Sequence record: DRR723986_9065
DNA: 59,043 nucleotides
Reading direction: 5' to 3' (one strand)
Of the stretch, positions 27,396-38,126 are shown in pieces (position 1 is the first letter of the stretch; every line of letters begins with the position of its first letter). The notes beneath the pieces were generated by a model, which saw only the letters and a program-made list of their open reading frames with translations, was not told the origin of the DNA and did no database searches. The position numbers and the translations under genes are program-made.

Positions 27396-27553
27396 ACGTT
27401 TAATTCTTTAACTCTTGCTATAATAATAACTATTGTGTATTTATGAGATGAGTTAATTTAGAGCGACTACCGATTTATTGGCAGCCGCTCTTGGTTTTCC
27501 TTGCAATGGAATGTGTGGTTATCTAGTAAATACAACAGACAATAGAAAGTAAC

Positions 27554-27588
27554 AAAAAAAAGGCCTTGACAATTTGTCAAGGCCTTTT
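27554..27588. terminator. Bidirectional Rho-independent terminator
   Basis: AAAAGGCCTTGACAA-t-TTGTCAAGGCCTTTT between convergent genes. Confidence 0.9.
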
Positions 27589-27608
27589 ACATTTAGTTAT
27601 TAATGTTC

Positions 27609-30600
27609 TTATTCAAGAATGATTTTTCTCATCACTGAATTTCCTTCTTTTTGAACTCTGATGAAGTAAACGCCAGATTCAAATTCAGAAATATCAATCG
27701 TTGAGTTATCGTTTTCTGATTTTTGCATGATCATTCTTCCACGTGCATCTAACAGCGTTAGCTGATATTCACCTGAAAGAGTAATATTCACATCTCCTCT
27801 TGTAGGGTTAGGGAATATTAATAACTCTTCATTTAAGTTGGCATCAATTCCAACTGTTGATAATACAGTGAAGTCAGTTACTGTTTGACACCCTAATGAA
27901 TCTGTTACTGTAATTGTGTAAACACCAGCAGCAAGATTCGTTAAGTCTTCAGTCGTTTCTCCATTCGGAGCCCAAGAAATTGTTAATGAACCTGTACCTC
28001 CCGTAATGGTCACATCAATGGCTCCATTCGTTGAACCATCATCATGAGTAATAACCCCATTAGAAGTAGGTGCCGCATTTCCTGTTACAACAACGTTGTC
28101 AGAAGAAGAACATGCTCCCAAAGTAGAAGTTGCAGTATATGTAATTGTTCCAGCTCCTACAGAGAACGGCGTTCCATCTGTTATTCCGTTTGTCCAGGTA
28201 ATTACACCTGCATCAGGATTGCCAGCCGTAAGAGTTAGCATTACACCTTCACAAACTGTAGTATCTAAACCTGCATCAACTGATGGTGTGATGTTAGAAG
28301 TGACATCAACTTGATCAGTTGCCATACAAGAACCTAAAGTTGCAGTTACTGTGTAAGTAGTTGTTCCAACTGGTGGAGTAAACGCTACACTGTTAGTTAC
28401 ACCATTGTCCCATGCAATCGCTGCAGCATCTGGGTTAGATGCGTTTAATGTAACCATTGCGCCATCACAAACACTTTGATCAGTTCCAGCACCAACTGTA
28501 GGTGTCAAATTCACTGTTAGTGTGAAGTTTTCAGGAGTTCCTGAACAAGTACCTAATGTTGGCGTTACGGTAATGTTTGAAACATCAGATGTACTAGAGG
28601 TTGTTCCAGCGAAAGCTGTAATATTTCCAGATCCTGAAGCCGCTAAACCAGTATTGGTGTTGTCATTTGTCCAAGTATATGCACCTCCACCTGTTCCAGT
28701 AAAGTTGATTGCCGTAAAGTTGTTGCCGCTACAAACTGTTTGGTTTCCAACAGCGTTTACTGTAGGAACAGCATTTACAGTTACAGCCGTAGGAGACGAT
28801 ACTGCTTGACAAGCTCCTGCCGGAGTGGTGTAGGTAATGTTATAAGTTGTTCCTGTAACACCACCTGTGATAACACCAGTAGATGGATTAATAGATGATC
28901 CATCAGAACCGTCATAAGTGAATGTTCCACCTGTTGTTCCTGTAATATTTACGGTGTTGGTTCCTCCAGCACAAAAATCAGCAGTTGTAAACGCCGGGTT
29001 ATCACTTGTACTAACTGTTACGTTTTGAGTAGTAGAGTTAGGACAGTTGTTTGATACTGAATATTGTATAGTGTAAGTGTTACCGGCTGCTTCTCCAGAA
29101 ATTTCTCCTGTTGATGCATTAATCGTAGCACCATTCGGATTAACTGTCAATGAGAATGTTCCTCCACCAGAATAACCAGTGGCGTTGTTTGGTGCTCCAT
29201 CACAGAAATCAGTAACTGTGAAAGATGCGTCATCTAGTGGATCAACTTGAACGTTTGAATATTGTACATCCGTACATCCTCCGTTAGTGATTTGAACAGA
29301 ATATTGATTTGTAGTCCCAGGAGAAACAACTTGAGTTGCTCCCGTTCCTAGTGGTGTAGAACCATCAAACCATTGGTATGTCCCACCACCTGTAGCGGTT
29401 AAAGTTGTGCTTCCACCAGGGCAAATAACGGCAGCAGCAGTTGCTGTTCCAGTTAGAGGGGTAGAAGAGTTAATTGTAAATGCGATTGGTGTCTTACAAG
29501 CGTCAAAGTTAGATGCAATGTATCCCGTGTAATTACCAGCTGGTAAATTTGAGAAGGTGTTTGATACCTGATAGTTCACATCATCTAGGCTATAAAAATA
29601 ATTTACACCATCACCACCTGCAGTACCTGTGAAACTTACAGAACCGTTATTGTTTCCACATGTCGTATGCGTTACACTCGCAGTTGATGTGATCGCTGGC
29701 ATTACCGTAATTGGTAAAATATACAAACCATCCGTTTTACAAGATCCGTCAACACCTACATAAATAGCGTAATCTCCTGCTGGTCCAGCAAAATTGAAAG
29801 TATTACTTGAAGTCGTAGATGATGAGATAGTTGTTGTATATGGATCATCAGTTTGATACCATTCGTAATTCGTAACGTTAGTAGAAGCAGATGCATCAAC
29901 AAATACATCTCCACCAACACAAATAGAATCATTCGACATTGCTAATGATAAAACAGGGTCTCCACCGTTAGATAACATTACATCCATTGCTAAAGATCCC
30001 AGGAATCCGTATCCAGTTCCCCATCCAATACCGTCAAAATCAACAAATACATCATCAACACCTCCTGTAATAGTTGCAGCCATACCGAAAGTAACGGTAT
30101 CCTGTGGTGCTCCATAAAATACTTCGTAACCAACAAAGAAAGTTCCTGTTACAGTTGCCGGAGTTGTAAAATCAATTGTATTCCAAGCACCAGCATTCAA
30201 GTTTGCAATTGGCACTGATTCTGTTGCTAGAACAGCTCCAGGGTTGGCGCCACCACCTGCATAAACTTTAAAGTCTACAGTTCCTGTTCCAGAACCATCA
30301 TAAGCTGTAAATACTGGTAATTCGATTCTTCTAACTTGAGCTGAACCTGTATAAGTTAATTGCTCTGCGTATTGGTATCCATAGAATGCAGTACCATCAT
30401 AGTCATATGATCCAGGTAAGAATCCCCATCCTCCTGCTGCAGGATTGTAATAATAGAATCCATTTGCTGCAACATCTGCAGGGTCATAATTTCTTAAAGT
30501 ATCACATCCAGTACCTGCTGCCGGAGCAACAACTTGTACGTAACTAGTTTGAGATGCTGTAGTACCTGTACCGAAACCGTTCGAAGCAGTTAATGATACA

Positions 30601-31958
30601 TCATAAGATCCAACATTGTAAAAAGTCACTTGTGGATTTTGATCTGTATTACTTGTTCCACCAACATAGGCCCAATCTGTTCCTTGAATCCCTGAAATTG
30701 TCCAAACCCATGAAGTTGGAGCTCCAGAAGATTGATCAAGAAAATTAACTGATGCGCCTTGTGGGATAATAACTGGACTGTTAGGAACCGAAGTAAATGC
30801 GCTCACAGGAGGACCTGCTGGATCACATCCAGGAGATAATAATAATGAACTTCTAATCCCTTGTAAAATAGCCACCATATAGTTTGATTGCTCTTGCGTG
30901 AACATCACTGTACAGTTAGAGTAATCCATATAGTTTTCGTATTGAGTTTCTGTAGCACCACAAGTTTGTTGTGATCCTGAACATGATCCACCATAGTTAA
31001 AAGATGGTCCAATTGTATTTGGAGTATCAGTAAATCCATCATCAGATGAACAAGATCCAGATCCACCCCATGTATGATCAAGGCCTAAATAGTGACCAAT
31101 TTCATGCGTTAAAATATTATCGTTGTTTACACCAAGGTTGTAATCAATTACAATTCCGTCTATTGACGAACCAGGTAAAGATGACATTGATGGTCTATAA
31201 GCATATCCTGCGGTACCAGAAGAAGCACCGTTGGTGATATCACAAATCCATACATTTAAATAGTCATTTCTATCCCAAATAGGTTGACCAAGAGGAGCTG
31301 ATTTCATAGCGTTTACCTCAGAAGGATTGTCAGGATCAAAATAATTTTGCGTTGTAGAAATTCTAGTTACACCAGTTTCACTCAATGGAACACCATTAGG
31401 GTCCTGTGTAGCTAAACAAAAATTAATACCTGGATTTGCAGGTGTAAAATTGTAAGGTGCTCCAGTTCTAGCATTTGCCGCATCAGCATTCGTTAAAGAA
31501 AAATCCTCAACGATATCTTGGAAAACATTCATAATTGCCGCGTTGGAAACGTTAGTTCCAACTCCTAAAGCGTCAGAAGGGTCGTGAACCACGTGAAAAA
31601 TTACGGCAATAGTGTTCGTTCCAGGAGTTTTGTTTCCAGAATTAGAAATATACTGCATCTGTTGTGCGTCATAAAATGTTTCCTGTTGAAAGTCATTCCA
31701 AGTTCCTTGTTCCTCATAATGTTGTTGAGTCAATTCGTGTGACTTACAATTATGCCCATTCGAATTAACCGGCAAGCCATTCGAATTAGGTGTTAAGGTA
31801 CCAGTAGCCGTACCAGGATTAGAGTTGTTTGGGTTGACCAAAGTTGTATTTAAAACTTTAGGCGTAATGGGCTGGTTAATTGGTTGATTGTTATTAACCT
31901 GTCCAAACCCTGTAGATAGCATCAAAATTGACGCTAAACTGAAGTAAATTTTCTTCAT
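27609..31958 (-). CDS. M43 (pappalysin/ulilysin-like) zinc metalloprotease with PKD and Ig/SprB-like repeats and T9SS type-A CTD
   Basis: Signal GFG|Q; prodomain Cys (HNCKSHE); IAVIFHVV; HEIGHYLGLDH; Met-turn ENYMDYS; C-terminal IFPNPT.G...GVYFIRV...RKIILE. Confidence 0.92.
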   Translation of the reverse strand: MKKIYFSLASILMLSTGFGQVNNNQPINQPITPKVLNTTLVNPNNSNPGTATGTLTPNSNGLPVNSNGHNCKSHELTQQHYEEQGTWNDFQQETFYDAQQMQYISNSGNKTPGTNTIAVIFHVVHDPSDALGVGTNVSNAAIMNVFQDIVEDFSLTNADAANARTGAPYNFTPANPGINFCLATQDPNGVPLSETGVTRISTTQNYFDPDNPSEVNAMKSAPLGQPIWDRNDYLNVWICDITNGASSGTAGYAYRPSMSSLPGSSIDGIVIDYNLGVNNDNILTHEIGHYLGLDHTWGGSGSCSSDDGFTDTPNTIGPSFNYGGSCSGSQQTCGATETQYENYMDYSNCTVMFTQEQSNYMVAILQGIRSSLLLSPGCDPAGPPVSAFTSVPNSPVIIPQGASVNFLDQSSGAPTSWVWTISGIQGTDWAYVGGTSNTDQNPQVTFYNVGSYDVSLTASNGFGTGTTASQTSYVQVVAPAAGTGCDTLRNYDPADVAANGFYYYNPAAGGWGFLPGSYDYDGTAFYGYQYAEQLTYTGSAQVRRIELPVFTAYDGSGTGTVDFKVYAGGGANPGAVLATESVPIANLNAGAWNTIDFTTPATVTGTFFVGYEVFYGAPQDTVTFGMAATITGGVDDVFVDFDGIGWGTGYGFLGSLAMDVMLSNGGDPVLSLAMSNDSICVGGDVFVDASASTNVTNYEWYQTDDPYTTTISSSTTSSNTFNFAGPAGDYAIYVGVDGSCKTDGLYILPITVMPAITSTASVTHTTCGNNNGSVSFTGTAGGDGVNYFYSLDDVNYQVSNTFSNLPAGNYTGYIASNFDACKTPIAFTINSSTPLTGTATAAAVICPGGSTTLTATGGGTYQWFDGSTPLGTGATQVVSPGTTNQYSVQITNGGCTDVQYSNVQVDPLDDASFTVTDFCDGAPNNATGYSGGGTFSLTVNPNGATINASTGEISGEAAGNTYTIQYSVSNNCPNSTTQNVTVSTSDNPAFTTADFCAGGTNTVNITGTTGGTFTYDGSDGSSINPSTGVITGGVTGTTYNITYTTPAGACQAVSSPTAVTVNAVPTVNAVGNQTVCSGNNFTAINFTGTGGGAYTWTNDNTNTGLAASGSGNITAFAGTTSSTSDVSNITVTPTLGTCSGTPENFTLTVNLTPTVGAGTDQSVCDGAMVTLNASNPDAAAIAWDNGVTNSVAFTPPVGTTTYTVTATLGSCMATDQVDVTSNITPSVDAGLDTTVCEGVMLTLTAGNPDAGVITWTNGITDGTPFSVGAGTITYTATSTLGACSSSDNVVVTGNAAPTSNGVITHDDGSTNGAIDVTITGGTGSLTISWAPNGETTEDLTNLAAGVYTITVTDSLGCQTVTDFTVLSTVGIDANLNEELLIFPNPTRGDVNITLSGEYQLTLLDARGRMIMQKSENDNSTIDISEFESGVYFIRVQKEGNSVMRKIILE

Positions 31959-32058
31959 GGTTTGATTAATTTTTGATTTTTGAATTCCGAATATAGGAAT
32001 ATAAAATCACAATCTGAATTTTAATTCAGTATTAATCAAGCTGATAAGAACGAAGGTT

Positions 32059-32604
32059 TTAGTTAAGATTGAACTTATGTTTTTTAAAGAATTGGTCCCA
32101 ATCCCATAAAAAATTTGACATTACTTCATCCATTCTTTTCAGGAATAATGGATTGGGAGTTCTCATGTTTTTGAAATAATCTTCTTGGTAATCATTCAGC
32201 TCAAATTTATGGAAGACCGCCTTTGACATACCATAAAGAAGGTTTTTAGATGGATGATTAACTTGCGAAATAAATCCAGATGTTGCTTCAAGTAAATCTT
32301 CAAACTCTCTAAATGTGATTTCAAAAATGTTGGCGAATTTTGATATGATTAATTTTCTTAACTCTGCTTCTTCTTCTGCATCAAAATGCTGTTTTAAGTA
32401 AGTGAGATTACCTACAACAACAATCAATAAAAACTTATTAGAATAATTCTCCTTAATATCAGGAACGAAAACAAAGGCTGGGTCTTCTCCTATCATTTCT
32501 TTCACATCTTGAAAACCATTTTCAGAGACTTCAATAATAGAATTGACAAATACATTCGCAAGACGATCTGCATCTATCTTTCTTTTTAAGAGTTTTCCAA
32601 TCAT
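32059..32604 (-). CDS. Hypothetical protein
   Basis: 181-aa open frame with normal composition; no family recognised. Confidence 0.7.
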   Translation of the reverse strand: MIGKLLKRKIDADRLANVFVNSIIEVSENGFQDVKEMIGEDPAFVFVPDIKENYSNKFLLIVVVGNLTYLKQHFDAEEEAELRKLIISKFANIFEITFREFEDLLEATSGFISQVNHPSKNLLYGMSKAVFHKFELNDYQEDYFKNMRTPNPLFLKRMDEVMSNFLWDWDQFFKKHKFNLN

Positions 32605-32697
32605 TCTACCAATTATTTCCTTAATCTGCTAAGATATTAAGATGGCAGCGAGCTGTGATCTATGATTGATTTAGTTATTCACAGCAAAAAGTTGAGA

Positions 32698-34116
32698 TTA
32701 AGAAGGTTTTATTGGTTTCAAACCTTCTTTTGCTCCGAGCTCCAATAGTAATGTGTAAGCGTCATTGTACGAGTTCCTGATTTCTCCTTCGAGAATGGCT
32801 TCTTTGATTTCGTTTTTTAAATCACCAATAATTTTACTGGGTTCAAGACCAAATATTTTCATGATTTCTTGACCAGAAATAGGAGGTTGGAAGTTTCGGA
32901 TGTTGTCTTTCTCTTCAACGTCTTTCAACTTATTTCTAACTTTTTGAAAATTAGCACGATACTTCTGAACTTTAAATTCATTTTTTGAAGTGATATCAGC
33001 ATCACAAAGTGTCATGAGGTCTTCAATGTCATCTCCGGCTTCAAATAACAGTCTTCTCACGGCAGTATCTGTCACTGAGCCATTTACTAGGGCGATAGGT
33101 CTCAAATGTAAACGGACTAATTTTTGAACGTATTTCATCTTGGCGTCTAGGGGAAGCTTCAGTTTTTTAAATATCCCTGGTGTCATTCTTGCGCCAAGAT
33201 CTTCATGACCATGAAATGTCCATCCCACTTTTTCATTGAACCTTTTCGTGTTTGGCTTAGCAATATCATGAAGGATTGCAGCCCATCTTAACCACAGATT
33301 ATCAGTATTTTGGCTGATGTTGTCTAATACTTCTAAGGTGTGGTAAAAGTTGTCTTTGTGGGATTTACCATTTATTTTTTCCACACCATGTAGTTTCACC
33401 ATTTCTGGAAAAAACTCGTGAAGCAGTTTGGAATCAAAAAGTAATTTGAATCCAATTGAGGGACGTTCTGATAGAATAATCTTGTTTAATTCTGTTGAAA
33501 TTCGCTCTCTAGAGATAATTGAAAGTCTATGAGCATTTGAAGTTATCGCATCAAAGGATTCGTTCTCTATTCTAAAATTTAATTGACTTGCAAAGCGAAT
33601 AGCACGTAACATCCTTAAGGGATCATCTGAATAGGTTTTAGAAGGATCAAGTGGTGTCCTGATTAATCTGTTTTTTAAATCTGTTAAGCCATCAAATGGG
33701 TCAAGTAATTCTCCAAAACTACTTTTGCTCATACTGAGGGCGAGTGCATTTATGGTAAAATCTCTTCTGTTTTGATCATCTGATAAAGTCCCATTTTCTA
33801 CGATCGGTTTTCTTGAACCTCTATCGTAAGATTCTTTGCGGGCACCAACAAATTCAATCTCTAAATCATCATATACAAATGCAGCCGTTCCAAAATTTTT
33901 GTAGAAGGCTACCTTTTTGACATCAAGTTTGCTTGCCACTTTCTCGGCAATATCGATACCACTTCCTAGTACCACAAAATCTATGTCTTTAGATTCCCTT
34001 TTTAAAATCAAATCGCGAACAAAACCACCAATGGCGAATATTGAAACGCCTTCTTCTGAAGAAACCTCTGAAATGGTTTCAAATATTTTATGTTGTAAGT
34101 GTTCCTTGAGATTCAC
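32698..34116 (-). CDS. cca: CCA tRNA nucleotidyltransferase with HD domain
   Basis: GGFVRD.IL....DID, RRDFTINA, DDPLRMLRAIRF, ERI..E..K, LHDIAK (HD). Confidence 0.9.
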   Translation of the reverse strand: MNLKEHLQHKIFETISEVSSEEGVSIFAIGGFVRDLILKRESKDIDFVVLGSGIDIAEKVASKLDVKKVAFYKNFGTAAFVYDDLEIEFVGARKESYDRGSRKPIVENGTLSDDQNRRDFTINALALSMSKSSFGELLDPFDGLTDLKNRLIRTPLDPSKTYSDDPLRMLRAIRFASQLNFRIENESFDAITSNAHRLSIISRERISTELNKIILSERPSIGFKLLFDSKLLHEFFPEMVKLHGVEKINGKSHKDNFYHTLEVLDNISQNTDNLWLRWAAILHDIAKPNTKRFNEKVGWTFHGHEDLGARMTPGIFKKLKLPLDAKMKYVQKLVRLHLRPIALVNGSVTDTAVRRLLFEAGDDIEDLMTLCDADITSKNEFKVQKYRANFQKVRNKLKDVEEKDNIRNFQPPISGQEIMKIFGLEPSKIIGDLKNEIKEAILEGEIRNSYNDAYTLLLELGAKEGLKPIKPS

Positions 34117-34676
34117 TATTTACGAATTATGGTGACTTCACTATTTGCACCAATTTTTATAATTTGTGAAGGTTTATTGTTTGCTGAATTATCTGGTAAA
34201 TCAACCACGTAATCTACCTTTTGAAGAATCTCATTGGAGATATCTTTAAAGGTTTTAGGACTTTCTTGCCCAGAGATATTGGCTGAAGTTGAAACCAGTC
34301 CACATTTAATCTTATCTATAAGTTTAGAGCAAAAAGGATCTGATACCATTCTAATTCCGATTGACTTATCATCAGGCATTAATAGCGGCGACAAAGACTG
34401 ACCATTCGGATAAATTATTGTCAAAGGTTTATCTGCATAGTCGATCAAGTCATAACATACCTCTGGAATCTCTTTGACATATCTATTCAGCAATCTCTCG
34501 CTATTCACAAGGATGATAAAGCTTTTATTCGCCGGTCTGTTTTTTATTTCAATTATTTTTTGGATTGCAGATTCATTGTTTGGGTCACATCCCAAACCCC
34601 AAATAGTATCAGTGGGGTAAAGAATCACTCCACCTGCCTTAATTACCTCGGTTGCCTTGTTAATTTGATCAATCAC
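34116..34676 (-). CDS. tsaC: L-threonylcarbamoyladenylate synthase (Sua5/YrdC)
   Basis: YPTDTIWGLGCD, K.R...K, SIGIR, STSANISG; GTG start directly after a TAAATTTG -7 box (34681-34688). Confidence 0.93.
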   Translation of the reverse strand: MIDQINKATEVIKAGGVILYPTDTIWGLGCDPNNESAIQKIIEIKNRPANKSFIILVNSERLLNRYVKEIPEVCYDLIDYADKPLTIIYPNGQSLSPLLMPDDKSIGIRMVSDPFCSKLIDKIKCGLVSTSANISGQESPKTFKDISNEILQKVDYVVDLPDNSANNKPSQIIKIGANSEVTIIRK

Positions 34677-34691
34677 GGCGCAAATTTAGAC

Positions 34692-34728
34692 AAAAAAAAT
34701 CCCCTTTGGACTTTTCCAAAGGGGATTT
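34692..34728 (-). terminator. Rho-independent terminator
   Basis: AAATCCCCTTTGGA-cttt-TCCAAAGGGGATTT with a T tail on the minus strand. Confidence 0.88.
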
Positions 34729-34745
34729 AAAAATTGTTTTATCGA

Positions 34746-35774
34746 TTATTTAATAATCAACTTTTTTGTAAGTGTTTTATCCTCTTTAGAAATTTGAATT
34801 AAATAAACACCATTTTCAAACTCATCTGTGTCCAATTGAATTGAAGTTGAAGGTTTAGTGATGGTTTTTACTGTTTGACCAATTGAATTAATAATTTGGA
34901 TTTCAGCGGTGTTTTCAGGACTTGAAATTTGAACAAAATCAGTTGCCGGGTTCGGGTAAATTTCGAATCCTTCTTCTAATTCAGTTTCGCTGATTCCTGA
35001 AGGAGCAACGTCTACAGTTGAATAAACTGCCGAGTAACCTCCGTTGAAAGCTGTACTTGTAACATCAATTGAGGCATGAATAAATACAGGTTCATTTTGA
35101 TTCGCTAAATCATAATAAGAATATACCGTTCTGGTTACAAAACCTTGAGTAGGCATTCCAAAAATAGTGATGGTAGCTTCTAAGATTTCTACTAATTTAA
35201 TTCTGATCACGTTTGTAATCGAAGTTCCACCGATTTGAAGTGTTCCTGTACCGTCTGCAGTTACTGTAACTTCACCGGCAGTTGGCTCTCCGGATAAACT
35301 GAATCCTGGAGCATCAAATTGTCCGTAAATAGAATCCTGGAAAGTACTTCCTAAAGACATTGGCATGTCAATTGATTTCATAGGATCAATGTCATGTCTT
35401 AAAATTACTTCGTTTCCATCAACCTCAAATCTGTATCCATAAACAATTACTGAATCTGGTGTATTTGAGAAAAACAAAGAAGTTCCTCCGTTCATGTTAT
35501 CGTTATAATCTGCATTAGGAAAACTTGCAGCATGTGGACTATCAACTTTGTTGATAATAGTATCTAGGTTTGTAGGAGACCCAACATATCCCGTCAATGT
35601 TGAATAATCCCAGGTCACACCTGCACCTGTAGTTCCAGCTAGATCTGTTGCGTTACTGTCTACTACAAAGTAATTGACAAAATCACCAGCAGACAGTGTG
35701 TCGTCAACAGTGAAAGTTTGGGCGGAAGCAGAAAATCCTGCAAATACGCATAAACCGAGTAAAACTTTTTTCAT
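34746..35774 (-). CDS. T9SS type-A CTD secreted protein of unknown function
   Basis: Signal ASA|Q; GAGVTWDYS.L, ADGTGTL; C-terminal IYPNPATD...GVYLIQI...TKKLIIK. Confidence 0.88.
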   Translation of the reverse strand: MKKVLLGLCVFAGFSASAQTFTVDDTLSAGDFVNYFVVDSNATDLAGTTGAGVTWDYSTLTGYVGSPTNLDTIINKVDSPHAASFPNADYNDNMNGGTSLFFSNTPDSVIVYGYRFEVDGNEVILRHDIDPMKSIDMPMSLGSTFQDSIYGQFDAPGFSLSGEPTAGEVTVTADGTGTLQIGGTSITNVIRIKLVEILEATITIFGMPTQGFVTRTVYSYYDLANQNEPVFIHASIDVTSTAFNGGYSAVYSTVDVAPSGISETELEEGFEIYPNPATDFVQISSPENTAEIQIINSIGQTVKTITKPSTSIQLDTDEFENGVYLIQISKEDKTLTKKLIIK

Positions 35775-35846
35775 ATTAATTTGTTTTTTGATTTCTATTT
35801 TGAGCTTAAATGTACAAATTTGTTGACGAATTAATCAAACTAAAGG

Positions 35847-38126
35847 TTGGGAGATATAAAAAAAATAGCAAAAGTCACGTTAACAATCGTTCTGTTAATC
35901 AGTGTATTCTTGGCATATAAGGTGAGTCAAGTTGAGTTTGATTATGACTTTGAAGCCTTTTTTTCAAAAACAGATGATGAGACTGAATTTTTTGAGGAAC
36001 ACCGGAGAAGATTCGAAACGGATAACGATTTTATTTTTATCGCCTTGGCCAATAAGCCGAGTGTTTTTGACCAGGATTTCTTAAGGAAAACACGTGATTT
36101 TGTTGATGAGTTAAAAACTGATTCGTTGGTAGAAGAGGTGGTGAGTATTACTCATTTGGAGGAGTATGTTAAAACGCCTTTTTCAGCGGCCATGTTCTCA
36201 CGACCGTATGTTCATATTGATAATCCATCAAAGTACGCGAAAGATTCTGTACGAATAAGTAAGCATCCAGAGGCAAAAGTTTTTTTAAGTAAAGATCAGA
36301 CCTCACTTTTAATCAATGTTAAGCACCGTCAGTATCTATCTAAAGAAAAATGCGACTTACTTAAAAAAAACATTGATAGATTACTGAAAAAGTATGAATT
36401 CAATGATTTCAAGTATGCGGGACGTACAATTGGACTGGGTTATTATGTAGATAAAATGGTATTTGAAACAGGGCTTTTTATTGGATTGTCCTTTGCCCTC
36501 GTAATTATATTTTTACTCCTGGCTTTCAAATCCTTCTGGGGATTATGGATACCATTAATTATGGTAGGCTTTTCAATGCTCTGGATTGTCGGGTTCATGG
36601 GGGTGGCAGGCGAGCCTATTAATTTGATTCTTACCATTTTACCTTCGATAATTTTTGTAGTAGCCATGTCAGACGTAATGCACTTGGTTTCTAAGTTTTT
36701 AGAAGAGTTAAGGAATGGTCATACTAAAGAGGATGCGGTTCGTATAGCATATCGTGAAGTAGGTAAAGCAACATTATTGACATCATTAACTACGGCTGTC
36801 GGGTTTTTAACTCTTTTATTTGTGGATATGCAGCCCGTTCAATCTTTCGGGATTTTTACTGCATTAGGAGTGATTCTGGCTTTTATTCTAGCTTATACCT
36901 TATTGCCATCTCTGCTTATATTGGTGAAAGCTCCAAAAGTTGCAAAGAAGAAAAATACTGAAACCCTATGGTATAAAGTGTTGCATGCTTCTTTTATTTG
37001 GATGTTGAAAAGAAGAGTAGCATTGTTCTTCGGATTCTTGGCATTAATGGGGATTAGTATTTTTGGATCTTCCCTCGTTATCAATGATTATTTCTTACTT
37101 GAAGATTTAAAGAAATCCAATGAAATGCGCAAAGATTATCAATTTTTTGATGAGAATTTCATGGGCTTAAGACCTTTTGAATTGGCAATTAAGGTGGAGG
37201 ATGAGGATAAATTAATAACAGATTATGATGTCTTATCTGAAATCAACAAGGTGGATGAATTTGTTGAGGAGAATTATGAATTGAATGAATCATTTTCAAT
37301 CATTAAAATTCTAAAGATTGCAAATAGAACGGAGCATGGAGGGCAGATGAAGTACTACAAGTTTCCGACTGAGGAAGAGACAAAAGATTATTTAAATCGT
37401 CTTGAAAAATTTGACAAAAAAGGACAACTTTCAGTAATTATCGATTCAACTGGGAAACACGGAAGAATTTCAAGTTCAATAGGAGATGTCGGGATGATTA
37501 AGGTGAAAGAAATGAACGCTAATTTTCAGAATTTCATTGCAGAAAATATCAATACTGATTTGGTGAGTTTCAGATTGACCGGAACTGCGCACTTGCTCGA
37601 CAGAAATATGAGTAATCTCTCAATGAACCTTTTCTGGGGATTAGGTCTAGCAGTTATAATTGTATCCTTATTAATGGGTTTACTATTTAGGTCGATAAAA
37701 ATGGTGATTATTGCGTTGATACCAAATATTCTTCCATTAGTAATGTTAGGGGCAATTCTAGGGTTTTCGGGAGTCGAATTAAAAGTTTCAACCGCACTCG
37801 TTTTTACCATTTCGTTTGGAATCGCCGTAGACGATACCATTCATTTCATGAGTAAATTAAAATTAGAATTGAACAAGGGTAAATCGCTGATGTTGGCTAT
37901 GAAGAGAACCTTTTTATCTACAGGTAGAGCAATTGTTTTAACGACATTAATTCTAATTGCTGGGTTTTTAATGCTGATGTTCTCAGATTTCTTAGGCACC
38001 TTTTATGTTGGTCTTTTAATCAGTTGCACTTTGTTATTCGCGCTGATCTCAGATTTATTTTTTCTTCCGGTTTTGGTGATATTTTTCTTCAAACCGAAAA
38101 ATAAATCAACCTCCAATCAACAATGA
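35847..38126 (+). CDS. MMPL/RND-superfamily (sterol-sensing-like) transporter
   Basis: Two repeats of TM + periplasmic loop + 5 TM; AMSDVMH, LTSLTTAVGF, GIAVDDTIH, TGRAIVLTT; TTG start. Confidence 0.9.
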   Translation: MGDIKKIAKVTLTIVLLISVFLAYKVSQVEFDYDFEAFFSKTDDETEFFEEHRRRFETDNDFIFIALANKPSVFDQDFLRKTRDFVDELKTDSLVEEVVSITHLEEYVKTPFSAAMFSRPYVHIDNPSKYAKDSVRISKHPEAKVFLSKDQTSLLINVKHRQYLSKEKCDLLKKNIDRLLKKYEFNDFKYAGRTIGLGYYVDKMVFETGLFIGLSFALVIIFLLLAFKSFWGLWIPLIMVGFSMLWIVGFMGVAGEPINLILTILPSIIFVVAMSDVMHLVSKFLEELRNGHTKEDAVRIAYREVGKATLLTSLTTAVGFLTLLFVDMQPVQSFGIFTALGVILAFILAYTLLPSLLILVKAPKVAKKKNTETLWYKVLHASFIWMLKRRVALFFGFLALMGISIFGSSLVINDYFLLEDLKKSNEMRKDYQFFDENFMGLRPFELAIKVEDEDKLITDYDVLSEINKVDEFVEENYELNESFSIIKILKIANRTEHGGQMKYYKFPTEEETKDYLNRLEKFDKKGQLSVIIDSTGKHGRISSSIGDVGMIKVKEMNANFQNFIAENINTDLVSFRLTGTAHLLDRNMSNLSMNLFWGLGLAVIIVSLLMGLLFRSIKMVIIALIPNILPLVMLGAILGFSGVELKVSTALVFTISFGIAVDDTIHFMSKLKLELNKGKSLMLAMKRTFLSTGRAIVLTTLILIAGFLMLMFSDFLGTFYVGLLISCTLLFALISDLFFLPVLVIFFFKPKNKSTSNQQ

